The notes under the pieces: generated by a model
Seen by the model: only the letters and a program-made list of their open reading frames with translations
Told to the model about the DNA's origin: nothing
Databases searched by the model: none
Virus record (IMG/VR): IMGVR_UViG_3300045988_042777
Reading direction: 5' to 3' (one strand)
Source: a virus
Length of the DNA: 45,831 nucleotides
Program-made: the position numbers and the translations under genes
Shown here: positions 1 through 7,056 of the stretch, piece after piece
Position numbering within the stretch: the first letter of the stretch is position 1
Layout: every line of letters starts with the position of its first letter

Positions 1-99
1 CTTTTTTTTTCTTGACGATATACAACTAAAGTAGTATAATGAGGGCAACGGAGGTGAGCATGATGGACACCAAGAAAAACAGCAGACTGCAAAACACCC
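1..99. repeat. Terminal overlap copy 1, identical to 45733-45831; marks circular closure of the contig
   Basis: Reading both ends base by base, 1-99 (c, t x9, cttgacgatatacaac...caaaacaccc) equals 45733-45831 exactly. Confidence 0.9.
12..40 (+). promoter_or_regulatory. Sigma-A/sigma-70-type promoter for the first XRE gene
   Basis: TTGACG (12-17), 17-nt spacer, TATAAT (35-40). It directly follows the T9 tract of the upstream terminator in the circular map. Confidence 0.6.
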
Positions 100-311
100 G
101 CCTGGCCGCTGGACTTTCTCAATCCCAGCTGGCCGCCGCCACTGGGCTCAATGTGCGGACGCTCCAATGCTATGAACAAGGGGCCAAAGACATCAACAAT
201 GCCAAGTTAGCCACCCTCCTCAAGCTCTGTTTGGCGCTTGACTGCAAGCTGGGTGACATCCTGACAGATGAGGCCACGGTCAAGCTATTGGAGCAGTACA
301 TGGCAGCATAA
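60..311 (+). CDS. XRE-family helix-turn-helix transcriptional regulator
   Basis: HTH signature LAAGLSQSQLAAATGLNVRTLQCYEQG. GGAGGTG RBS at 50-56 precedes ATG 60/63. The tracked ATG at 39 lies inside the -10 box and is unlikely. Confidence 0.8.
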   Translation: MMDTKKNSRLQNTRLAAGLSQSQLAAATGLNVRTLQCYEQGAKDINNAKLATLLKLCLALDCKLGDILTDEATVKLLEQYMAA

Positions 312-323
312 ACGGCAGATCAG

Positions 324-350
324 AGCGGGGCGGCAGCGCCCCGCTTTTCT
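324..350 (+). terminator. Rho-independent terminator
   Basis: Perfect 9-bp stem agcggggcg / cgccccgct with loop gcag, followed by ttttctcattttt. Confidence 0.7.
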
Positions 351-368
351 CATTTTTGGAGGTGCAGC

Positions 369-1409
369 ATGAACCACAAGGACGCAAAGCATTTTACATG
401 GGACCAACGCCTGACACTGGAGCGGATGCTCAAAAAGGGATTTACCAAGGCCGCCATTGCCAGCGCTCTGGGCAAGTGTGAGCGGTCCATCTACTATGAG
501 ATCAACCGGGGCCTCTGTGTCCAGCAGACCTCTGGCTATGAGTTTATAGAGGTTTACTGCCCGGAGGTGGCTGAGCGGAGATACAGAGAGTTTCTAAAAG
601 AAAAAGGCCGGGACCTCAAAATTGGAAAAGACCACGCCCTGGCCCGGAGGCTGGAGGAGCTTGTCATGGTCCATGGCTTTGCACCTGGAGCTGCCCTGGC
701 GGAGATCAGAAACAACGGAGAGGTCTATGATACCGTGATATGTGAAAACACGCTTTATAATTATATCTACCGGGGAGATGTTTTCCTCCAGCTCACACCG
801 GACCACCTGCACAATAAAGGCCGCCGTCATTATGCCGCAAACAGCAAACGGCAGGCCGCCAGGAGCTCCCACGGAAAAAGCATTGAAACCCGCCCCCAGG
901 AGGTCAAAGGACGGGGCAGCTTTGGCCATTGGGAGATGGACAGCATCATGGGGTGCAAAGGCTCCAAAAAAGCCCTCCTGGTCCTCACGGAACGCCGGAC
1001 ACGAATGGGCATTGTAATGCTCCTGGAGGACCACACGGCGGCCAGCGTGGTCAAGGCCATCAACCGCCTGGAGCGCCGTTTTGGCAAGCTGTTTTATAAA
1101 CTTTTCAAGTCAATCACTGTGGACAATGGCTGTGAGTTTCAGGACTTCGAGGGCATAGAGGCCGCCCACCGGCGCAAGGGCAAGCGGACCGTGGTGTTTT
1201 TCTGTCACCCATACAGCGCCTTTGAGCGGGGCTCCAATGAGAACATGAACAGGCTGATTAGACGATTTTTCCCCAAGGGCACCAGCTTTGACACCGTGAC
1301 GCCGGAGGAAGTGAGGGCAGCAGAAAAATGGGTGAACAGCTACCCCCGCAAGCTGCTGGGGTGGCAATCGGCGGCCACGCTCTTTGAAAAAGAGCTCCTC
1401 TCCGCCTGA
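369..1409 (+). CDS. IS30-family DDE transposase/integrase
   Basis: N-terminal HTH (ERSIYYEINRG). DDE catalytic blocks GHWEMD, TVDNGCEF and ERGSNENMNRLIRRFFPKG are typical of IS30-family transposases. Confidence 0.85.
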   Translation: MNHKDAKHFTWDQRLTLERMLKKGFTKAAIASALGKCERSIYYEINRGLCVQQTSGYEFIEVYCPEVAERRYREFLKEKGRDLKIGKDHALARRLEELVMVHGFAPGAALAEIRNNGEVYDTVICENTLYNYIYRGDVFLQLTPDHLHNKGRRHYAANSKRQAARSSHGKSIETRPQEVKGRGSFGHWEMDSIMGCKGSKKALLVLTERRTRMGIVMLLEDHTAASVVKAINRLERRFGKLFYKLFKSITVDNGCEFQDFEGIEAAHRRKGKRTVVFFCHPYSAFERGSNENMNRLIRRFFPKGTSFDTVTPEEVRAAEKWVNSYPRKLLGWQSAATLFEKELLSA

Positions 1410-1545
1410 CAGGGAATAAGAAAAGCAGCCGGATGAGATTGACCCATCCGGCTGGCTTGCCATGTTATTTTGTTGTGAAAATGCCCAATAAGGCGCTTTT
1501 TATTTATGCGCTTTGCTGTTTTTTCTTGACTTATGCAAATTTCTA

Positions 1546-1575
1546 TTGACTTTTAGCCAGGGTGACCGCTAAGAT
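1546..1575 (+). promoter_or_regulatory. Candidate early promoter
   Basis: TTGACT (1546-1551), 18-nt spacer, TAAGAT (1570-1575). A second TTGACT lies at 1526-1531. Confidence 0.35.
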
Positions 1576-1626
1576 TAGTTTGCAGGGTCCATGTAGAAAT
1601 ACATGGCACCCCGCAAGCTAATTTTT
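1570..1626. repeat. Long imperfect inverted repeat: about 26-bp arms with a 4-bp spacer (gaaa)
   Basis: Arms 1570-1595 and 1600-1626 read outward as tacatgg-accctgcaaactaatctt and tacatggcaccccgcaagctaatttt. About 22 of 26 columns match with one gap. A T9 run follows at 1622-1630. Confidence 0.75.
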
Positions 1627-1652
1627 TTTTATGCAGAAAAGAGGTGAAATCA

Positions 1653-1895
1653 ATGGCGAGCTACGCTTTCGCAACGCTCCAGGCCCGGCAAACGCTCCAG
1701 GAGCTTTGGGAGCAAGGCAAAACGGTCAAAGACATGGCGGTGGCTCTTGATATGCCGCTGTCCACGCTCTACACGGAACTGCGCCGGGGCCGTTCTGGGG
1801 TCCGCCTCCCGGACCAGCGATTGCAGTATGATGCTACCCTTGCCCAGCTCAGGATGCAGCAGGAACTTGAGCGGAGGGGAAAGCAGAGCCGCTGA
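1653..1895 (+). CDS. Small HTH protein resembling the N-terminal HTH of IS30 transposases
   Basis: RBS agaggtga precedes ATG 1653. TVKDMAVALDMPLSTLYTELRRG parallels TKAAIASALGKCERSIYYEINRG of the transposase. Confidence 0.6.
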   Translation: MASYAFATLQARQTLQELWEQGKTVKDMAVALDMPLSTLYTELRRGRSGVRLPDQRLQYDATLAQLRMQQELERRGKQSR

Positions 1896-1939
1896 GGCCA
1901 TACCTGTCACCGCTTTTCACAAATCAAAGGAGGCACAAC

Positions 1940-2146
1940 ATGAAACCCATTATTTTGAGGACCCAGACCCGCACCGATGAGTGCATCGGCACCGTCCGGC
2001 TCACCCCGGAGGCGGAGAAAGTTGTCCGGCGGCTCCGCTTCAAGACCGGCTTGCCCATCCGCCAGATTGTTTCTGAAATCATCGTCCAGGCAGAAAGCCT
2101 CATTGACATCTCCGGGGACGATGATGAGGACGAAACCGACCAATAA
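1940..2146 (+). CDS. Hypothetical protein with an acidic C-terminus
   Basis: AAGGAGG RBS upstream of the ATG; 68-aa ORF packed tightly against its neighbours. Confidence 0.55.
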   Translation: MKPIILRTQTRTDECIGTVRLTPEAEKVVRRLRFKTGLPIRQIVSEIIVQAESLIDISGDDDEDETDQ

Positions 2147-2156
2147 GGAGGAGCCC

Positions 2157-2387
2157 ATGAACAAAGCACGCCGCAAAGCTCTTGATGAGGTCATCTCCAA
2201 AATTGAGGAGGCCAAAGAGCTGTTGGAAAACCTCCAGGCGGAGGAGGAAGAATACCGGGATAACATGCCGGAAAACCTCCAGGGCTCTGAGAGGTATGAG
2301 GCGGCAGACGCCGCCGTGGACAACATGAGCAGCGCTGTGGATGCTCTGGATGAGGCCATCTCCAGCATTGAAAGCGCCCAGGAATAA
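2157..2387 (+). CDS. Hypothetical coiled-coil protein
   Basis: AAGGAGGAG RBS precedes ATG 2157 (MNKARRKALDEV...). The upstream part of the tracked ORF 1977-2387 has no RBS. Confidence 0.6.
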   Translation: MNKARRKALDEVISKIEEAKELLENLQAEEEEYRDNMPENLQGSERYEAADAAVDNMSSAVDALDEAISSIESAQE

Positions 2388-2404
2388 CAAAGGAGGACAT
2401 ACCA

Positions 2405-2991
2405 ATGAAAACCCCTGTTTTGAACATCGCCCCCGGTAAGACCGTGGACTACCACGGAGAGCCCTGCCTGGTGCTGGAGCACCGCAAGGACGGCACCCTC
2501 ATGCTGCACCTGGACCAGATGACCCACGCCTTTGGCAGCTCCAACAACTTTGCCGCCAGCTCTCTCCGGTCCCATCTCAATGGCCCCTATCTGCGGAGCC
2601 TCACGGACGGCAACCCCGATGAGATCATCACCCGCACTGTGGACCTCACCGCTCTCAATGGCTCCAAAGAGTATGGCACCTGTGAGTGCAAGGTGGCCCC
2701 GCTCACCCTGGATGAGCTCCGCAAGTACCATGACATTCTGCCCTTGCCTGAGAGCTTTGAGTGGTCCGTCACCCCCTGGAGCACCCCGGAGGTCAATGAG
2801 GATGACAAGTGGGTGATGGGCCTGTTCACCGGTGGCGGTGTCTACGACAACAGCTGCACGGCACCTACGGGTCCCGCCCCGCTTTCCTCATTCCCTCCTC
2901 CCTCACTGTGGAGGCTGAGGACGCCAACCCTCTGGAGCAGTACAGCACCCGTGAGCTGGCGGAGGAGCTTTTCCGCCGTATCACCAATTAA
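2405..2991 (+). pseudogene. Second DGR target paralog (C-type-lectin-like variable protein), disrupted by a 1-nt deletion inside VR2
   Basis: Frame A (2405 onward) gives FGSSNNFAASSLRSHLNG...WSVTPWS...VYDNSCT. The conserved end GTYGSRPAFLIPSSL...RRITN* is in frame B (stop at 2989-2991). The two frames join across one missing base at 2859/2860. Confidence 0.75.
2822..2883 (+). repeat. DGR variable repeat 2 (VR2), matching TR 39102-39164
   Basis: 62 nt against 63 nt of TR. There are 12 substitutions, all at TR adenines (aac to ttc, tac, gac, agc, ggc; aat to ggt), plus one deleted C. The 3' gggtcccgccccgct is identical. Confidence 0.8.
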
Positions 2992-3003
2992 GGGGTGAGC
3001 TCC

Positions 3004-3669
3004 ATGTCCACCCATGAAACAACCCGGAGGCCTGCTAAGCGCAAACGCCGCCCCAATTATCGCCCGGTCATCTTTTTGGCCCTGGTATGCGCTGCTATCT
3101 TCGCCGCCGGTTACTGCGTGGGGGTGAGGGCTGCTGACAAAGCGGCCCCCACTCTCCAGGAGCCGGTCCAGGAAAGCACCAGCACGCCGGAGCCTACCCA
3201 TGAGCCCAGTGAGGTCCCCTCCACGGAGGAGGTCCTCTGGCGGGATGACATAGTGACAGACGGCAACCTCCTGGACTATGACCTCCAGGTGACCATGCAG
3301 GCCTGTTGTGAGGAGTACAGCGTCCCCTACGCTCTGGCGCTGGCTGTGGCCGATGTGGAGAGCCGCTTTGACCCGGATGCCACCAGCAACACCAATGACT
3401 ATGGCCTCATGCAAATCAACAAGGTCAATCATGGGTGGCTCCTGGAGCAAGGCATTGACCCCATGACACCCGCCGGAAACATTGAGGCTGGTGTCCTGTT
3501 CCTCTCCGACTACCTCACCGCCTACGGGGACCCGGAAATGGCCATCATGGCCTACAACTGCGGCCCCTCCGGTGCTCAAAAGCTGTGGGCCTCCGGTACA
3601 TACCACACGGAGCACTCCACAAAGGTCATGGACCGCTTTGACTACTGGACAAGCATTTTGGAGGAGTAA
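3004..3669 (+). CDS. Membrane-anchored lytic transglycosylase (SLT domain)
   Basis: N-terminal TM segment (VIFLALVCAAIFAAGYCV). SLT motifs VADVESRFDP, YGLMQI and AYNCGP. RBS aaggggtga precedes ATG 3004. Confidence 0.8.
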   Translation: MSTHETTRRPAKRKRRPNYRPVIFLALVCAAIFAAGYCVGVRAADKAAPTLQEPVQESTSTPEPTHEPSEVPSTEEVLWRDDIVTDGNLLDYDLQVTMQACCEEYSVPYALALAVADVESRFDPDATSNTNDYGLMQINKVNHGWLLEQGIDPMTPAGNIEAGVLFLSDYLTAYGDPEMAIMAYNCGPSGAQKLWASGTYHTEHSTKVMDRFDYWTSILEE

Positions 3670-3672
3670 GCC

Positions 3673-3792
3673 ATGCCGTATTACTGGACCTGTCCCTATT
3701 GCGGGGCCAACCTGGACCCCGGAGAGAAATGTGACTGCCAAGAAAACACAAAGGAGGATGACATCCATGATGGAAATGAAAATCACCGTTGA
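3673..3792 (+). CDS. Small zinc-ribbon-like protein (39 aa), absent from the ORF track
   Basis: My translation is MPYYWTCPYCGANLDPGEKCDCQENTKEDDIHDGNENHR*. It carries CxxC and CxC pairs and fills the gap after the SLT gene. Confidence 0.35.
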   Translation: MPYYWTCPYCGANLDPGEKCDCQENTKEDDIHDGNENHR

Positions 3793-4294
3793 GGCTCCCG
3801 ATCTGGCCGCCTCTATCTTGAAACTGGCTGAGGCCATCGCCTCTGGCCCGGACCCGGCGCTGCTCATCCCGGATGAGCCGCTGCCGGTTTCCGCCTATCC
3901 GGCCACACCTGCCCCTGCGGTGGCTCCTGCGGCCCCCGTGGCGGCTCCTGTGAGCCCTGCGCCGGTAAACCCTACCCCGGGACCTGCGCCCACTATGGCG
4001 GCCCCTGTGGTGGCCCCCAGCCCCTCTCCCACGCCTGTGACCAATGCGCCGACTGCTGGCCCGACATCTGCCGCCCCTGGTAACACCCCCGCCCCTGCTG
4101 TGCCTGTTGCGGGAGCCCCCACCTATACCCTGGACCAAATCTCCCGGGCCGGTGCCTCCCTGGTTGACGCCGGGAAGATGCAGCAGCTTTTGGAGCTCCT
4201 GGGCCGCTATGGCGTGCAGGCCGTCACCCAGCTCAAGCCGGAGCAGTATGGCGCTTTCGCCACGGAGCTCCGGGGCCTGGGCGCTCAGATTTAA
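3767..4294 (+). CDS. Hypothetical Pro/Ala-rich protein with a conserved-looking helical C-terminus
   Basis: AAGGAGG at 3751-3757 is followed by in-frame ATGs at 3758, 3767, 3770 and 3776. There is a long PAPAVAPAAP low-complexity linker. Confidence 0.55.
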   Translation: MMEMKITVEAPDLAASILKLAEAIASGPDPALLIPDEPLPVSAYPATPAPAVAPAAPVAAPVSPAPVNPTPGPAPTMAAPVVAPSPSPTPVTNAPTAGPTSAAPGNTPAPAVPVAGAPTYTLDQISRAGASLVDAGKMQQLLELLGRYGVQAVTQLKPEQYGAFATELRGLGAQI

Positions 4295-4305
4295 GGAGGT
4301 GCCCC

Positions 4306-5544
4306 ATGCCTCCTGAGAAACACGCTTTGCTTTCTGCCTCCTCCGCCTCCCGCTGGCTCAAGTGTACGGCGGCCCCCCGCTTTGAGGAGGGGCTGCCGGA
4401 GAACACCAGCGAGTATGCGGAGGAGGGCCGCCTGGCCCACGCTATTGGTGAGCTCAAGGTCCTCAAGAAATGCACCCCCATGAGCACCCGGGCCTACAAC
4501 ACCCGGCTCAATAAGCTCAAGAAAAACCCCCTCTATGACCCGGAGATGGACAAGACCACGGACCTCTACCTGGAGCACATCACGGAGCAGGTCATGGACT
4601 ATGACAGCGCCCCCACCGTGGCCGTGGAGGTCCGGGTGGACTTTTCGGACTATGTGCCGGAGGGCTTTGGCACCTGTGACTGCTGCATCATCGGCGGCGA
4701 TCTGCTGAGCATCACCGACTACAAGCACGGCAAGGGCGTCCCGGTTTCCGCCGTGGGCAACCCGCAAATGAAACTTTACGCCCTGGGAGCGCTCCGGCGC
4801 TATGCCGCCGTGTTCGGTGACACCATCAAGCGGGTCCGCATGACCATTGACCAACCCCGGCTGGACAGCTACACCACGGATGAAATCACCGTGGAGGAGC
4901 TGAGGGCCTGGGGCGAAAGCATCAAGCCCATTGCCCAGCGGGCCTTTTCTGGCCTGGGTGAGTTTGTCCCCGGTGACCATTGCCGCTTTTGCCGTGGCAA
5001 GGCTCAGTGCCGGGCCCGTGCCAAGGTCAACACTGCCCTGGAGGACTTCAAGGACTGTGTGCCTGCCGGGAGCATCCCAGCGGATGCCATGGTCCCCCAA
5101 GAACACTCCCACACCGGAGCCATCACTGGTGAGGAGGTCCACCCGCTGCTCTCTGATGAGGAGATTGGCGATCTGCTGGAGCGTGGGGCCCAACTGGTCC
5201 AATGGTACAAAGACCTGGAGGCCTACGCCACGGAGGCCCTGCTGGCGGGAAAAGAAATCCCCGGCTGGAAACTGGTGGCGGGCCGGAGCAATCGGACCTT
5301 TACCGACCAGGACGCTGCCATCCAGGCTGTCATTGCTGCCGGGTATGATGAGGCCCTGGTCTATGACCGCAAGCCCAAGACGCTCTCTGAGCTGGAGAAA
5401 CTCATGGGCAAAGCTGAATTTGCGGAGAAGATTGGCGGCTTTGTGACAAAGCCTCTGGGCAAGCCCACCCTTGCCCCGGCCTCTGACAAGCGGGAGGCCT
5501 ACGCCCCCGCCGCCTCTGATTTTGCCGGGGTGGTTGATGGATGA
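4306..5544 (+). CDS. DUF2800-type PD-(D/E)XK (Cas4-like) nuclease
   Basis: N-terminal LSASSASRWLKC, the ITDYKHGKG nuclease core and a C-terminal Cys cluster CRFCRGKAQC. It sits upstream of the SSB and PolA, as in DUF2800/DUF2815 replication modules. Confidence 0.7.
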   Translation: MPPEKHALLSASSASRWLKCTAAPRFEEGLPENTSEYAEEGRLAHAIGELKVLKKCTPMSTRAYNTRLNKLKKNPLYDPEMDKTTDLYLEHITEQVMDYDSAPTVAVEVRVDFSDYVPEGFGTCDCCIIGGDLLSITDYKHGKGVPVSAVGNPQMKLYALGALRRYAAVFGDTIKRVRMTIDQPRLDSYTTDEITVEELRAWGESIKPIAQRAFSGLGEFVPGDHCRFCRGKAQCRARAKVNTALEDFKDCVPAGSIPADAMVPQEHSHTGAITGEEVHPLLSDEEIGDLLERGAQLVQWYKDLEAYATEALLAGKEIPGWKLVAGRSNRTFTDQDAAIQAVIAAGYDEALVYDRKPKTLSELEKLMGKAEFAEKIGGFVTKPLGKPTLAPASDKREAYAPAASDFAGVVDG

Positions 5545-5948
5545 ACGGCAGCGACTTTTTCACCATCCGGCACGGCTCTTTCCATGCGGCTGTCCTGTAC
5601 TCCGCACTGGAACACCTGCCCATCCACAACCTCAAAAAGCTCTTTCGGCTGGCCAAAAAGGCCCAGTTTGAAAATGAGGCCGCCATCCAGGGCATCCGGT
5701 CCTACTTTGACACCACCATCCCAGAGGCCCAGGAAACCATGAGAGCTGCCGCAAGAGCCTATGAGGACGGCTGGAGAAAGGTGGACAAGCCAAGGAGCCG
5801 CAACCCCAAAACGGTTGAGCAGCTCCGCATCAACAAAGAGCTCACCACCCGTTTCAAGCAAGCCCACGCACGCTATGAGCGGCTGGTGGCATCCCGCAAG
5901 GTATTTGAGGAAACCCTCTTTCCCGATACGAAACACCCAATGAATTAA
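5541..5948 (+). CDS. Hypothetical protein
   Basis: Its ATG overlaps the upstream stop (ATGA) and the gene lies in an operon context. Confidence 0.5.
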   Translation: MNGSDFFTIRHGSFHAAVLYSALEHLPIHNLKKLFRLAKKAQFENEAAIQGIRSYFDTTIPEAQETMRAAARAYEDGWRKVDKPRSRNPKTVEQLRINKELTTRFKQAHARYERLVASRKVFEETLFPDTKHPMN

Positions 5949-5967
5949 GAAAAGGAGATCAAGGATT

Positions 5968-6642
5968 ATGTATCAGAATGACCCCATGAAAGTGCTGACC
6001 GGTGAGGTGCGCCTCTCCTACTGCAACCTGACCACCCCCAGGGCCTCCCAGCAGGGCGGTGAGCCCAAGTTTTCCGTCACCCTGCTCATCCCCAAGACCG
6101 ACACGGCCACCAAGGCGGACATTGACGCCGCCATCAACGCCGCCGCTCAGGAGGCTTTGACCAAGACCTGGAACGGGGCCCGGCCTCCGGTGCTCAAGGT
6201 GCCCATCCATGACGGTGACGGCGTGCGCCAGTCCGGTGTCCCCTTTGGCGATGAGTGCAAAGGCCACTGGGTCATCACCGCCAGCACCAAGAACAAGCCC
6301 CAGGTGGTGGGCATCGACAACATCAACTGTGAGCTGGCCCCCTCCGACATTTACAGCGGCATGTATGGCCGTGTGACCATCCGCTTTTTCGGCTACTCCA
6401 ACAGCGGAAACAAGGGCATCGGCTGCGGCCTGGGCAATGTCCTCAAGACCCGTGACGGGGAGCCTCTGAGCGGCCAGGCCTCCGCCGCCTCTGATTTTGC
6501 GGGCATCGATGCTGCCCCCGCCGCTCCGGCCCCCAACTATGGTGCCCCCGCTCCCAACTATGGTGCGGCCCCCATGCCTGCCAACACCCCGCCCTGGAAC
6601 GGCGGCAACGGCATCAACCCCATCACCGGACAGCCCATGTGA
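5968..6642 (+). CDS. DUF2815-type phage single-stranded DNA-binding protein
   Basis: GEVRLSYCNLTTPR start and GRVTIRFFGY block. Gly/Pro/Asn-rich tail with tandem APAPNYGA repeats. Confidence 0.65.
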   Translation: MYQNDPMKVLTGEVRLSYCNLTTPRASQQGGEPKFSVTLLIPKTDTATKADIDAAINAAAQEALTKTWNGARPPVLKVPIHDGDGVRQSGVPFGDECKGHWVITASTKNKPQVVGIDNINCELAPSDIYSGMYGRVTIRFFGYSNSGNKGIGCGLGNVLKTRDGEPLSGQASAASDFAGIDAAPAAPAPNYGAPAPNYGAAPMPANTPPWNGGNGINPITGQPM

Positions 6643-6666
6643 TAACTGACAAAGGAGGAAATACCG

Positions 6667-7044
6667 ATGAAAACCCGCTTTGATGGCAAGCTCTGGATTG
6701 GAGCTTTTGGCCTGGCCCTGGATGTCAAGGACATGGAAACCGCCCACCTGCTCAACACGGTCAAGATGCTGGTGCAAAAGCCCGCCCGTGTCCAGGCCAT
6801 GTTGGTCACTGACATTGAGGCCGCCACCTTTGAGGAACAGGAGGCCTGGACCCCCAACGGCAACGGGGAGGACATCCGCAAGAAGTCCCTCCACAACGCC
6901 ACCAGCCTCACCTCTGAGGAGCTGGTCCAGTATGTGACCGGCACCCCGCTCTTTAAGGCCATGATGGATGAGCTGGAGGCCCGTGGCGTGAACACGGAGA
7001 ACATCATGGAGCTCTACACCAAGGACGCCGCTTTCAGCGCATAA
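6667..7044 (+). CDS. Hypothetical protein
   Basis: AAAGGAGGAA RBS; 125-aa ORF between the SSB and the polymerase. Confidence 0.55.
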   Translation: MKTRFDGKLWIGAFGLALDVKDMETAHLLNTVKMLVQKPARVQAMLVTDIEAATFEEQEAWTPNGNGEDIRKKSLHNATSLTSEELVQYVTGTPLFKAMMDELEARGVNTENIMELYTKDAAFSA

Positions 7045-7056
7045 GGAGGCCCACTC

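Noticed and set aside
39-59. ATG at 39 as the start of the first XRE gene.
   Set aside because: It overlaps the TATAAT -10 box (35-40), so it would not be on the transcript. GGAGGTG at 50-56 supports ATG 60 or 63 instead.
343-1426. Possible terminal inverted repeats of a discrete IS30 element: gcttttctcatt at 343-354 against aataagaaaagc at 1415-1426, matching 11 of 12 positions.
   Set aside because: The match is short and decays immediately outside the core. Both copies sit in terminator-like hairpin contexts that share a gcttttc motif by nature. This is not enough to call IS boundaries, so the element is reported only as a transposase gene.
1410-1650. tRNA or other small RNA genes in the larger intergenic gaps (1410-1650, 18904-19100, 24558-24702, 44845-44895 and 45292-45410).
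   Set aside because: By eye I could not find cloverleaf-compatible arms or T-loop (GTTCRA) boxes. The gaps are explained by promoters, terminators and palindromes. A tRNAscan run would be the proper check.
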